Source: Candidatus Bathyarchaeota archaeon
Lineage (GTDB): Archaea > Thermoproteota > Bathyarchaeia > Bathyarchaeales > Bathycorpusculaceae
Length of the DNA stretch: 64,000 bases
Assembly (NCBI GenBank): GCA_963707955.1
Contig: OY970176.1
Coordinates: 1,920,001 to 1,984,000 of the forward strand
Direction of reading: 5' to 3'
Part shown: positions 9,573-19,495 of the stretch, piece by piece
Layout: each line of letters opens with the position of its first letter
Position numbering within the stretch: the first letter of the stretch is position 1
The notes under the pieces: model-generated
Databases searched by the model: none
Seen by the model: the letters and a program-made list of their open reading frames with translations, nothing else
What the model was told of the DNA's origin: nothing
Position numbers and translations under genes: made by a program

Positions 9573-9989
9573 ATGCCCAAATACAAAACTACAGCCAAAT
9601 GGATTGAAAATGTTCGCTCGGTAGTTGACAATTCAAGAACCCACAGCGTTGTCTGCGACCTTTCCACCCCCGCGGGTGGAGACGACAAAGGTCCGACTGC
9701 AATTGAACTGGCCATGATGGCCCTAGCAGACTGCGCTGTAACGATATTCGCGGATGTCTGCAAGCAGAGCAAAATTGAAATCACCAAAGTCGAGGCCGTA
9801 GCGGAAGCAGAAAAATCTCCCGACTCTCCCATATTGAGTGGAGTAACCGTGAAGACCAAAGTATGTGCAGCTGCGAGGAAAGAACTGCTGGAGGCCGCGT
9901 GGCGGAGAACTGAGGCAAACTGTCCAGTGCTATCCATATTCAAAGAATCAATTCCCTTGAAAGTGGAATTCGAAGTAGTGCCCAAATAG
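9573..9989 (+). CDS. OsmC-family protein
   Basis: GGDDKGPTAIEL, LADC and NCPV conserved cysteines; start placed at the ATG after GGTGA. Confidence 0.85.
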   Translation: MPKYKTTAKWIENVRSVVDNSRTHSVVCDLSTPAGGDDKGPTAIELAMMALADCAVTIFADVCKQSKIEITKVEAVAEAEKSPDSPILSGVTVKTKVCAAARKELLEAAWRRTEANCPVLSIFKESIPLKVEFEVVPK

Positions 9990-10035
9990 CCAGAACAGCC
10001 TACTTTAGGCTGAAATGCAGAAAGGAGGTGAGTCC

Positions 10036-10320
10036 TTGCTGTTTGTCGCTACCCATACCCATCAAGCCGCAAAATGTCCGTTACTAACGCCTGAAGGAAA
10101 AACAATGATCAAAATGCTCTTTTCAGATGAGAACGTTAGGAAGTCGGGTCTCAAAATAGTCGGAGCCTATATGAGTTGTCCAAAAGACAAGAGTACTGAC
10201 CATAAAGGTTTCTTCATTATAGACGCCGACAGTGCCTTAACGGTTTCAAAGTTTTTCGGTCAAATGGCAGTTGACGTAAGACCCGTCGTACCCTTCAGCG
10301 AAGTCGCGAAAACCATGTAG
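10036..10320 (+). CDS. Hypothetical protein (HxHxxxxCP, possible dimeric alpha+beta barrel)
   Basis: Strong SD GGAGGTGA before TTG; follows osmC. Confidence 0.65.
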   Translation: MLFVATHTHQAAKCPLLTPEGKTMIKMLFSDENVRKSGLKIVGAYMSCPKDKSTDHKGFFIIDADSALTVSKFFGQMAVDVRPVVPFSEVAKTM

Positions 10321-10358
10321 CGCCGTCCGAAGAAGCCTATTGGCCTATCCCCTTTTTG

Positions 10359-11012
10359 TCAATAGCGTGCGCTGTGCGTGTCATAGAGTTTGTGTTTATA
10401 GTATCCCTTTGCAGTGTATAATGCTCCAACAGGATTGTGGCACAAGACTCTGTCCTTGGCAACTAAGACTGTTACTAGTGCTCTAGAATACTTGATGAAG
10501 GTGGAGTCATGCCCTACGCAGAGACCTACGATTATGTTCAACTCCGTTTTCGCCTTGTTCATGATTAAGGCTTGTGCCACTGGGTTGCAAATAGGCTCGA
10601 AGGCACCGGGATGTACTTTCTCGCTGTCTTTCAGTCCCAACTCTTCCTTTGGAACGCCGCCAGTCTTGCAGAATACGAAAGTCACCTGAAAGCCATTGGA
10701 TTCGAGAATATCCGTCAGTATTCTTCCTTCCTCGGCTAGTCCTACACAGCAGGCAATACCAAGCTTTGCGAAATTCATCCTTCTGGCAAATTCCATCGTG
10801 TCCTCGACTCTGGTCCACTTCATATAACCCTCTGACTCCACCAGAGCAGAAGCATGAGCTAATTTCGCTACGCCAGGTTTTTCATATTCTTCCCTAGCTT
10901 TCCTTAAAACATCTTTCTCAACGTTCATCGGACAAAAATCCAGCTTGGAAGTAACTCGAGCTCGTTGAGGATGTTCGCACACGAAAACGGTACATTTGCT
11001 ACATTTAACCAC
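10359..11012 (-). CDS. DUF1847-family metal-binding protein
   Basis: TRVED, GIACCVGL, CKTGG, CNPVAQA, GLCVGHD, KDRVLCHNP. Confidence 0.85.
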   Translation of the reverse strand: MVKCSKCTVFVCEHPQRARVTSKLDFCPMNVEKDVLRKAREEYEKPGVAKLAHASALVESEGYMKWTRVEDTMEFARRMNFAKLGIACCVGLAEEGRILTDILESNGFQVTFVFCKTGGVPKEELGLKDSEKVHPGAFEPICNPVAQALIMNKAKTELNIIVGLCVGHDSTFIKYSRALVTVLVAKDRVLCHNPVGALYTAKGYYKHKLYDTHSARY

Positions 11013-11172
11013 GATCTTTCCCCGCGAATAGGATAACGTTGTTTCTGCAGAACTTATGTCTTACCCGTCTCGTCACATTGTGAATTCCCATTTGCACCCT
11101 GCGCGCGCGCTGACCATTTATCTTAAATATGCAGAGGCTAAACACGAATCGATATGGTGCAAGGCGATAGTA

Positions 11173-12027
11173 ATGGATGTCAAGATTACCAACATCTACA
11201 ATAATGAGGCTTTGCCCGGGAAAGCCCTCAAAAGTGGGCACGGAGAATGCTTTCATATCGCAATCGGCGACAAACAGATTCTTCTTGATACTGGATGGAA
11301 AGGCGGAAAACTCCTGCATAATATGAAGAGACTGGGAATAGATGCTGATTATATCGATAAGTTGGTGCTTTCGCACGGTCACAGGGATCACACAGGCGGG
11401 TTGAAATCGTTTCTTGGGGTGAGAACAGTCCAGAAACCAGTGCAGATATTTGCGCATCCAAGTGCTATGGAGCCCAAGTCAGCGAAGATATTCTTGTTTC
11501 ACATCTCGATGGGATTGCCAAAGCTTAGTAGGGAACTGACCAAAAAAGCGGAATTCCATCTGACTAAAGATTCAGTTGAAGTGCTTCCGAACCTCGCTAC
11601 GACGGGAGAGATTCCGATTGCGGAACGACTGGAGAAACCGGGGATAGTGACGGGTGCGTTTCATAAGGTTAATGGACGGCGGGAGTGGGATCCTGTCATT
11701 GACGATTTGTCGCTGATTCTTGAAGCAAAAGATGGATTAGTGTTGGTGACTGGTTGCTGTCATGCGGGATTGTTGAATACGTGTGCACGTGCCACACGAC
11801 TCTTCAATGGGAGAATCATTGCCATACTCGGGGGCACTCACATGGTGGAATACTCGCAAGAGGATGTTGACCACGTAGGAGAGGTTCTGGAAAAGGTGTA
11901 TGGAACTCCGGAACTGTACTTGAATCATTGCACCGGAAAAGACGCCATTGGACGACTGAGAGGCAAATTTGGATCAGAAGTAGTACACGATTGCCACGTG
12001 GGCACAGAAGTAGTTTTCAAAATCTAA
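11173..12027 (+). CDS. MBL-fold metallo-hydrolase (COG1237-like)
   Basis: LLDTG, LSHGHRDHTGG, TGCCHAG, GGTHM, HCTG; start at MDVKITNIY. Confidence 0.85.
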   Translation: MDVKITNIYNNEALPGKALKSGHGECFHIAIGDKQILLDTGWKGGKLLHNMKRLGIDADYIDKLVLSHGHRDHTGGLKSFLGVRTVQKPVQIFAHPSAMEPKSAKIFLFHISMGLPKLSRELTKKAEFHLTKDSVEVLPNLATTGEIPIAERLEKPGIVTGAFHKVNGRREWDPVIDDLSLILEAKDGLVLVTGCCHAGLLNTCARATRLFNGRIIAILGGTHMVEYSQEDVDHVGEVLEKVYGTPELYLNHCTGKDAIGRLRGKFGSEVVHDCHVGTEVVFKI

Positions 12028-12048
12028 GCGCGCGCTAAATTCCGAAAA

Positions 12049-12603
12049 TCATATTGTAAATTCCCATCTACACCACGAGTCTGAAGGGTGCTTGTCTGGT
12101 GGACAGAACAAACAGCCTACTTCTACTTTTGGATTCAGAGTCTTCGCGAAATTCTTCAAATATCTAAACCTTACTCTCTTGCAGGGAAATTCGCACAAAC
12201 CTTTGCCCAGACGAGCCTCCTGAGTCCTGCACCTATCAATGCCAAGGGTAGCCCGTTTGTTTCCGATTTCGATGGTCTTGAAGGGTTGATCCAGTGCCCA
12301 ACTGGATTTGCGTAAAAGACCAATAATCGTTGCTACGTCTGGGTTTTCTCCAACCTTGAACATTCGTTGTAGGCTCTTGGCTTCGATTGCAGCCATGCTC
12401 TCCCAAACCTGAGCATCAATTTCAGTTGCCGCTTTAGTCCCAAACTTCTTTTCGATGCCTAGAAAATACAGGCCATCAACTCTCCAAATGTTGCGAATTT
12501 GCAGAAAGAAATAATCAAACAGTTTCTCCATGGGCATTTCGGCCAGTGTCTCACGGTCTTCTCGACTTCCAGGAGGATATTCACTCATACCTTTCACCAT
12601 CAA
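12049..12603 (-). CDS. DUF6125-like protein
   Basis: VDGLYFLGIE, CRTQEAR, FPCK, CPPD...WCRWEF pattern. Confidence 0.7.
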   Translation of the reverse strand: MMVKGMSEYPPGSREDRETLAEMPMEKLFDYFFLQIRNIWRVDGLYFLGIEKKFGTKAATEIDAQVWESMAAIEAKSLQRMFKVGENPDVATIIGLLRKSSWALDQPFKTIEIGNKRATLGIDRCRTQEARLGKGLCEFPCKRVRFRYLKNFAKTLNPKVEVGCLFCPPDKHPSDSWCRWEFTI

Positions 12604-12702
12604 GAGGCGCTTAAGTAATTGACCGCTATGAAAAGCTATTGTTCTGTTTTCATGTTTTCGGAATGTTGTGTTTCCAGCTTGCGTTGCGAAACCTTTAAGA
12701 GA

Positions 12703-12724
12703 GTTATGAATATATATTCATAAC
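12703..12724. promoter_or_regulatory. Perfect 22-bp palindromic operator upstream of the DUF134 operon
   Basis: GTTATGAATATATATTCATAAC, between TATA-like TTTAAG and the GTG at 12726. Confidence 0.7.
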
Positions 12725-12725
12725 C

Positions 12726-13187
12726 GTGCCTAGGCCCAGAATCTGCCGACGAGTATGCTGCGAACCAGGGGTGACGTATTTCAAACCCAGAGGCGTTCCA
12801 ATGACTTCCTTGGAAAGCGTCGGCCTGAGCATGGATGAATTTGAAGCGATACGGTTGAAGGATCACGAGGGATTGGAGCAGACAGCGGCGGCTGACAGTA
12901 TGCGAATATCGCAACCGACATTTCACAGAGTCATAGAGGCGGCAAGAAAGAAGGTGGCTGATGCATTGGTCAATGGCAAAGCAATACGAATAGAAGGAGG
13001 TGAATACATGTCGGACGCAAGTAGAAAATTCAAATGCCTTGATTGCGGCCACGAGTGGGAGGAACCGCATGGGAGAGGAAGACCCGGCGCCTGTCCTAAG
13101 TGCGGAAGCAAGAACATCCATAGGGCTCCCGCGGACAGGGGGTACGCTCGACTTGGAAGAGGCCACAGAGGCCATTTTGAAATATGA
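12726..13187 (+). CDS. DUF134 HTH protein with C-terminal Zn ribbon
   Basis: [27 protein letters not shown]; CLDC...CPKC. Confidence 0.9.
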   Translation: MPRPRICRRVCCEPGVTYFKPRGVPMTSLESVGLSMDEFEAIRLKDHEGLEQTAAADSMRISQPTFHRVIEAARKKVADALVNGKAIRIEGGEYMSDASRKFKCLDCGHEWEEPHGRGRPGACPKCGSKNIHRAPADRGYARLGRGHRGHFEI

Positions 13188-13200
13188 AGGAGTTTTCGAA

Positions 13201-14058
13201 TTGACAAGCACGCAAGAAGTCACAGAGAGAGAAAAACAGTTTTCGGACCAGGAGCAGAAGCTCAGGGCCAAAATGAGCAAGGTCAGGCACAAGATAGCCG
13301 TAATAAGCGGCAAAGGTGGCGTGGGCAAAAGCACGGTGGCAGTGAACCTGGCCGTGGCCCTCGCGATGCATGGACACGCCAACCGGATCGGGATTCTTGA
13401 CGCAGACATACATGGCCCCAGCGTACCAAGAATGCTAGGACTGACAGGCCAAAGACTCAAAGTGGGCCCGCCAGGAGCTTTTCCGGCATCAAGCACGTTG
13501 GGAATAAAGGTTGTCTCCATGGATTTCCTGCTGCCCGATGAAAATGCACCCGTAATCTGGCGTGGACCACTGAAGATGACTGCGATTCGCCAGTTTCTGT
13601 CAGAGATAGTCTGGGGAGACTTAGACATTCTGCTAATTGATCTCCCCCCTGGAACAGGCGATGAACCGCTAAGCATTGCTCAGCTACTACCGGAAATGGA
13701 CGGCGTCGTAATAGTGACAATCCCATCCAAAGTCTCACAAGTGGTCGTTAAGAAATCTATCACCTTTGCTCGGCAGCTCGGAATGCCCATCATCGGCATC
13801 ATCGAAAACATGAGCGGCTTCATCTGTCCTCACTGCGGAAAAAAATCTGACATATTCGAATCTGGCGGCGGACAGAAGATAGCTGAAGAACTGAATATTC
13901 CGTTTCTTGGAAGCATTCCGATAGATCAAGAAATCTGTGAGGATGCTGATAGAGGGGAATCATTCATCGTCGAGCATCCAAACTCGCCAGCTTCAAGGTC
14001 CTTCATGGAAATTGTCAAGAAAATCGAAGATTTCCTGAAACAGAAGGGAAGAAAGTAG
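13201..14058 (+). CDS. Mrp/NBP35 Fe-S cluster carrier ATPase
   Basis: [41 protein letters not shown]; start at TTG after GGAG. Confidence 0.92.
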   Translation: MTSTQEVTEREKQFSDQEQKLRAKMSKVRHKIAVISGKGGVGKSTVAVNLAVALAMHGHANRIGILDADIHGPSVPRMLGLTGQRLKVGPPGAFPASSTLGIKVVSMDFLLPDENAPVIWRGPLKMTAIRQFLSEIVWGDLDILLIDLPPGTGDEPLSIAQLLPEMDGVVIVTIPSKVSQVVVKKSITFARQLGMPIIGIIENMSGFICPHCGKKSDIFESGGGQKIAEELNIPFLGSIPIDQEICEDADRGESFIVEHPNSPASRSFMEIVKKIEDFLKQKGRK

Positions 14059-14077
14059 TGAAAAAGGAGGTGACACA

Positions 14078-14452
14078 TTGAAAACCACAGTTATTGTTCC
14101 TGTGTCAGATAACAACGGTTTGAACGCTAGGATAGCAGAGCATTTCGGAAGAGCGCCTTTCTATGCTATCGTGGCTTTGGACAATGACGGAAAAGTCGAA
14201 AACGTCGAGACCATGGAAAACAAAGGCGAACATTTCGGGGGCGAAGGACACATGCACGACCACATTCTGGAGCGGAAACCAACCGCGATAATAACCTACG
14301 GAATGGGCCCAAGAGGTTTAACTGGCTTCCAAGAAGCAGGAGTAGCAGTGCTGAAGGCAAATGCAGATACGGTCAAAGACGTAGTCGCTGCATACAAGGA
14401 TGACAAGCTTCAAGAGCTTACCGAAGGCTGCCATCACGCACACCATCACTAG
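14078..14452 (+). CDS. NifB/NifX-family protein
   Basis: HFGRAP, GMGPRG, His-rich tail; SD GGAGGTGA. Confidence 0.85.
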   Translation: MKTTVIVPVSDNNGLNARIAEHFGRAPFYAIVALDNDGKVENVETMENKGEHFGGEGHMHDHILERKPTAIITYGMGPRGLTGFQEAGVAVLKANADTVKDVVAAYKDDKLQELTEGCHHAHHH

Positions 14453-14481
14453 GATTAGAAGTCTAAGGGTTCGGTTCTAGA

Positions 14482-15743
14482 ATGAACGAGAAGAACCAGC
14501 TTTTTAGAAAAGGAGAAAGAGCTGCGATTATTTCTGCAGCTGTTCTCCTAGCGTTCAGCCTTCTGAAAGGCACAGTGTCGGTGATCTCTGGGAGCGTGGC
14601 ATTGCTTGCGGACTCTATTCATTCCTTTGCTGACATTTTTTCCTCGATTGCTGTCTGGGCTGGACTCAAATTAGTTCAGAAAAAACCTACCGAAAGATTT
14701 CCATACGGTTATTACAAAGCAGAAACCTTGGCCTTGCTGATAGTCGCCGTAACGATCGTTGTATCAGGTGTTCTGATCCTGAAAGAAGCTGTGGATAAAC
14801 TGTTCGAACCCGGCGTCGTCCTGTTTCCATCTGCCGTTCTCGCGGTCGCAGCTTTTTCAGGGCTAGTCTCCTACTTTCTTGGCAGGTACAAGAAAGGCGT
14901 GGGAAGCCTTATCGGCTCTCAGTCACTGGTCAGTGAAGGGCAACATTCCCTAGTAGACGTCTACACCTCGTTACTAGTTTTCGTAGGTGTCTTGTTTGCC
15001 AGTCTAGGGTATCCGGTAGCTGAGGTTTTGGCAGGCTTGGCTATTGGGTTGTACGTTATGAAAGTGGGGTTGTGGTTTGGAAAAGATGCGGTGCTGGTTC
15101 TCATGGATGCTTGTTTGAGTCCGCAGAAGGCCAGAGAAATGAAGGAAATAGCCGCGAAGGTGCGAGGAGTAAGAGGAGTGCATGATCTCAGATTGCACAA
15201 ATCAGGACCCGTGTCCTTTGGAGAGATGCACATAGAGGTGGAAGAAGTCTTCCTCTGGAGAAAGCACATGAGATTTCAGATGAGATCGAAGAAATAATCA
15301 GAGAGCGTTTCAAGGACATTGAATCAATCACAATTCATGTAGAACCAGCACAAAAACAGAAAATCAAGGTTGGCATTCCAGTGGTGGAAGACAAGGGATT
15401 GGAATCAAAGACTTCTGCTCATTTTGGCAATGTACCTTTTTTTGCCTTCATAGAACTAGAGAATAACCAAACAAGGAATGTCTATGTCAAGGTCAATAGT
15501 GCGGCAAGAATAGCGAGGAAGAAAGGAATAGGTGCTGCACAGTTCTTAGTAGACGAAAAAGTTGACGCGGTGCTTGCAGGGGATATGGGTGAAGTTCCGT
15601 TTCACCTATTGAGAGACAGCTTAGTTCAGGTATATGCTCTTCCAGAACAGGTTGAACTCAAGGAAGCGATCCGTCTTCTCAACGAGAACAAGCTAGAAAG
15701 AATGACCGTGCCATTCGAGAAAAATGAAACGGATGATAGGTAA
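14482..15743 (+). pseudogene. Cation diffusion facilitator fused to a NifB/NifX domain; frameshifted near 15246
   Basis: ADSIHSFAD, FPYGYYKAE, HSLVD; the -1 frame continues LPLEKAHEISDEIE...TIHVEP directly into ORF 15381-15743 (HFGNVP). Confidence 0.8.
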
Positions 15744-15796
15744 CGCACATTGTGTATCGATGTTATCTCGCGCGTTCTGGACGGTTTAGAGATCAT

Positions 15797-16312
15797 TCAG
15801 AAATCGGTTATGTTATAGCCTTTTGCTCTTGCTTTGGCTATTATGTTTTTGTACCATTCTGGTAATTCGAATTTCTCGATTTTTCTTGCTGGAGAGTAGG
15901 GTTTGATGTCTAGCACCGGTGTTTCATTTAAGGCATCTAATCCTTTGACATGAAGGATTTTGCTCTTCCTCCATAGTAGTCTCACTGCAGACAAGCCTAT
16001 AGGATTTGGTCTGTTAGGCGAGTCCAAGCAGAACACTCCAACCAAGGGGACCTCTTCTAGGTTCAGACCATACCTGACAACGACTCTAGGCTTGATCTTG
16101 AGCCGTTTTCTGTTTTCCGCAGTGATGTTGTGCATGTAAAAGAAAATAAGCAGATGAGAAAAACCATCAATGGCTTCTAGACCATCGGCGTACTCGTCGA
16201 GAATTTCAATATCCGCTTCCAGTTCCTCAACCGGCTGATTTCTCATCTCTTCACCAGCAAATTTCGTTTTTACAAAGCCTATCGGACTCAACTGGATACT
16301 CAAAATGCCCAC
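15797..16312 (-). CDS. tsaA: TrmO/TsaA-family SAM-binding tRNA methyltransferase-like protein
   Basis: GVFCLDSPNRPNPIGLS, GLDALNETPVLDIKPY. Confidence 0.85.
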   Translation of the reverse strand: MGILSIQLSPIGFVKTKFAGEEMRNQPVEELEADIEILDEYADGLEAIDGFSHLLIFFYMHNITAENRKRLKIKPRVVVRYGLNLEEVPLVGVFCLDSPNRPNPIGLSAVRLLWRKSKILHVKGLDALNETPVLDIKPYSPARKIEKFELPEWYKNIIAKARAKGYNITDF

Positions 16313-16368
16313 CTTTCAGACGTTATTCCTTGCTTCTAGGAGTAAATCTTGAACCGCTTATATGCTTG

Positions 16369-16502
16369 GCGCGCTAGCGTGTTCCTAAATTCCTTTTTTG
16401 GGAGGGAGTGGGATTGAGTTGCGTATGTTTCTTCAAGAGTTGTGTCATGAAGAAAGAAGTATTAGACCTTTCGCAAACGAATTTAAGAACAAGCATGCGC
16501 GT
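16369..16502 (-). repeat. Small element with imperfect 24-bp terminal inverted repeats (MITE-like)
   Basis: 16369-16392 gcgcgctagcgtgttcctaaattc and 16479-16502 gaatttaagaacaagcatgcgcgt; the same two end types as 56047-56249 in the opposite orientation. Confidence 0.7.
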
Positions 16503-16634
16503 TCTATTTCCTTGCACTCATTGTTGGAAAACCTCTAGCGACCAAACTTGTAACCGCGCGCGCTAACTGGTTTTTGCTATTTGCCGATGGCTTAGAACCA
16601 GCGCGCGAGAAAGAGGTTGACTGAACGCTAAGAG

Positions 16635-17807
16635 TCAATCATGGAGAAGAAGGGCGACAGGTATTAAGAGTGCGAACGCTGCTCCTGCTATGAAAAAGGT
16701 GTCTCTGATGCTGATAAATCCCATCAGCGCGCCTGCTGCCAATGGTCCAATCGTGTAGCCCAAGTCTTTGAATGTGGCTATGGCTCCGGTAATCGCGGTT
16801 TTGCTTTCACCCATTATGTCTGACATTCTTGAATACAGCGCTATGAAGATTACCGTGTAGCTCATCGTAAAGGCTGTCACAATCGCCAATGTGCAGTATA
16901 GGCTATTTGATAATGGCATCATAACTGCAGTCAACGTTGTCAAGGAAGCAGCCACAGCAAGTGTCTTCCGTATTCCATGTCTGTCTATCAGATTTCCAAT
17001 CGGCACTTCAAGAGCAACCGCAGGCAGAAGGGCTACAGTGAGTATCACGCCTATCAGTGGAATAGCAATTCCTTCACTGTTAAGAAATATTGGAAGGAAC
17101 GAGTAGTACACATTGATAAGAGCGTAGAACACGATTATGAGAAAAACAGTCTTTACGAACCGGCTATTGCGCATGTAACTCAACAATGTAGTTAGCTGAA
17201 CGTTAAACGATGCTTTCTCGGGCTTGGGCGTCTCCTTCAGGTACAATGAAACCACGATGAACGCAGTTAGGCTTGTTAGGCTTAGTATATAGAAAGGCAG
17301 AAAAAACGAAAGAATCGAGATAAGTCCCCCGACAACTGGAGATAAAGCTGAGGCGAAATCGTTCATGCCAGAAAAGAATCCAACCTCTTTTCCTTTCACA
17401 CTCTTCTCAGCATAAGCGAAAACATATGCCCACGAAGTCAACCACAAAAAGGATGAAGCAACCCCTCTAGTGACGCTTACCAACAACAGCGATAGAAAAG
17501 TGTCTGCCACAGGATAGAGCAGCGCAAGTGCCGAGTAGATTAGCAGCACTATCTGTAGAACTCGTTTTACATTCATTCTGTTCTCTATGATTCCGAATGG
17601 CATGTTGAGGAATATCCCCATCATCGTTGTGAGCGAAAGGATAAGGCCGGTCAGGAACAGGTTTCCAGTGACGTTTTCAACGTATATTGAGAAGATAGGG
17701 GACGTAATTCCCCAGCCGAAAGTGTATATGAAAAATGCGATCGAGATCGGGAAGATTACCCTGTTGAATTTGACAATGTGCCGTAGTTCGCCAAACTCTT
17801 TGAACAT
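16635..17807 (-). CDS. MFS transporter
   Basis: About 12 hydrophobic segments, GNLIDRHGIRK MFS motif; start placed at MFKEFG. Confidence 0.85.
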   Translation of the reverse strand: MFKEFGELRHIVKFNRVIFPISIAFFIYTFGWGITSPIFSIYVENVTGNLFLTGLILSLTTMMGIFLNMPFGIIENRMNVKRVLQIVLLIYSALALLYPVADTFLSLLLVSVTRGVASSFLWLTSWAYVFAYAEKSVKGKEVGFFSGMNDFASALSPVVGGLISILSFFLPFYILSLTSLTAFIVVSLYLKETPKPEKASFNVQLTTLLSYMRNSRFVKTVFLIIVFYALINVYYSFLPIFLNSEGIAIPLIGVILTVALLPAVALEVPIGNLIDRHGIRKTLAVAASLTTLTAVMMPLSNSLYCTLAIVTAFTMSYTVIFIALYSRMSDIMGESKTAITGAIATFKDLGYTIGPLAAGALMGFISIRDTFFIAGAAFALLIPVALLLHD

Positions 17808-17820
17808 CTGAATCCTACTA

Positions 17821-17838
17821 CAATTCAATATTGAATTG
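17821..17838. promoter_or_regulatory. Perfect 18-bp palindrome upstream of the MFS gene
   Basis: CAATTCAATATTGAATTG, just upstream of the proposed start at 17807. Confidence 0.6.
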
Positions 17839-17919
17839 CATATTAATTCATCCGCGTTAGAGCGCGCGCTATGAACGAAATTTGAATTGTAAAAATAAGG
17901 TGGGTGCTTGTTTGTGCTT

Positions 17920-18116
17920 CTAGCCCTCGCCATTCCTTTCGCCAAGGATGATTAAGCCTACGCCGAAGAACTCAATTGCCATTCCCACAGCGATCCAACA
18001 CAAGTCAGCTAACAAGTCTGCTTGCACACCAAAATGAGCATCATTGTTTATTTTGAAAGTTTGCCAAACCGGTACTAACAGACCAATGACGAGAATGATT
18101 ACGCTCAAAATCCTTG
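17920..18116 (-). pseudogene. Two-TM membrane protein fragment, apparently 5'-truncated at a (GC)4 tract
   Basis: Hydrophobic reading ILSVIILVIGLLVPV...GVGLIILGE begins right at GCGCGCGC 18117-18124; no convincing start. Confidence 0.4.
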
Positions 18117-18145
18117 GCGCGCGCAGGCTAAATTCCTGCTCGCTC

Positions 18146-18640
18146 CTATGCATCGTTATCCGAGTTCACTGTCTTTGGATCGGCAAATTTATCGATTATC
18201 CACTGTTTGATGTCATCTCTTGTGCGTCGAAAGGCCATGGTCTTTTCCTCGTCACTCCCGTCCACTTCAGAAGGATCGTTGAATCCATGGTGAAGATAGT
18301 GTTTTGCTTCAGGTATTATTGTGTTGATTATCTCTGGCCTACCCAAGACTATCGGTGAAGAACACAATGAACACATTAATTTGGCACTGCTCCGGCACAC
18401 CGATACAACTAAGTCGATTTCCTTGTTTCGGAACTCTTCAATGCTCTTGGAATACTGCTTGGAAATATCTATCCCTATCTCAGCCATAACCTTAGTGGCA
18501 AAAGGATTGACTTGCGTCGGATTTGCGCCTGCGCTGAACACTTCATATTTCTCACCGTACAGATGCCTTAGCAAACCTTCAGCCATCTGCGATCGAGCGG
18601 AATTATGTTCACACAAAAAAAGAACTTTTAACTTTTTCAT
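18146..18640 (-). CDS. arsC: Arsenate reductase (LMW-PTP family) with a Cys-containing insertion
   Basis: CEHNSARSQMAE P-loop, SAG, FNDP...FRRTRD. Confidence 0.85.
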   Translation of the reverse strand: MKKLKVLFLCEHNSARSQMAEGLLRHLYGEKYEVFSAGANPTQVNPFATKVMAEIGIDISKQYSKSIEEFRNKEIDLVVSVCRSSAKLMCSLCSSPIVLGRPEIINTIIPEAKHYLHHGFNDPSEVDGSDEEKTMAFRRTRDDIKQWIIDKFADPKTVNSDNDA

Positions 18641-18717
18641 TCACAAACACCTTGTCGTGTTACTGGCGCGCGCTACGACAATTACTGTGGACAATAGTCG
18701 TACACCTTCTAAAACAT

Positions 18718-19380
18718 TTATCGGCAGCAAACAATCAGTCTGACTTGGTCACAGGCGTCTTCACATCGATTGGCAACCATTTCAATAGCTTCAAAAAGAT
18801 CATTCAGTAATATGGCGATTCCTACCCGAATCTTCTCCTCTCTGGCGATCAAACGTTTGGAGTTTTCAAATAGGTCGTCGACTTTCTCTTCTAACCGTTC
18901 GACTTCGTCTGCTGCTTTTAAGGCTTCTTCTCGTTTTTCCGGTATGCTATTAACGCATTTTCGCAGTGCTGTGGCACATTCCTTAGCGCCTTCCACCATC
19001 TTGACCAGCGCTTTTTTGAGGTTTTCTGACACATCTTCCATTGGAATGGCACTTAAAACCCGGCTTGATTCCTGGCTACAGTCTGCGACCATGTCGACGG
19101 ACTTCATTAAGTTCATCAGATATTCTCTGTCTGAGGGCGGCAACTCTCCGCACGTCAGTTCAGTCATAACGGCTCTCCTTAATCCATCGGTTTCCTTCTC
19201 AGAGCTTGTGACCCTTCCTATTGCGGCCTTGGCTTCTTTTTCGTTGAGATCAACTGCTGCTTTTACTGCACTTTCAAGGTCTTCAACTGAGCTCAATGTT
19301 ATCGCAAGATGGCGTTGCATCGGAGCTATAGCTTTTGATTCTCTGCGTTTCTCAAACCACTTCAATAGGAGTTCACTCAA
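18718..19380 (-). CDS. DUF47 phosphate transport regulator
   Basis: EKETDGLRR, DRE, LEEKVD, CEDACD helical pattern. Confidence 0.85.
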   Translation of the reverse strand: MSELLLKWFEKRRESKAIAPMQRHLAITLSSVEDLESAVKAAVDLNEKEAKAAIGRVTSSEKETDGLRRAVMTELTCGELPPSDREYLMNLMKSVDMVADCSQESSRVLSAIPMEDVSENLKKALVKMVEGAKECATALRKCVNSIPEKREEALKAADEVERLEEKVDDLFENSKRLIAREEKIRVGIAILLNDLFEAIEMVANRCEDACDQVRLIVCCR

Positions 19381-19495
19381 TAGCTAATTCCTCCCTTAAT
19401 CATCCACATGCATATGCGAATACATAACTTTTTTCGATTGGAAAACTAACCGTAACCTCATTGCCTATGTTGGGCGCGCGATTATCTTGAGTCTT

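Noticed and set aside
12636-13676. 346-aa minus-strand ORF and other long antisense or overlapping ORFs in the track
   Set aside because: Shadows of well-supported genes on the opposite strand; no motifs
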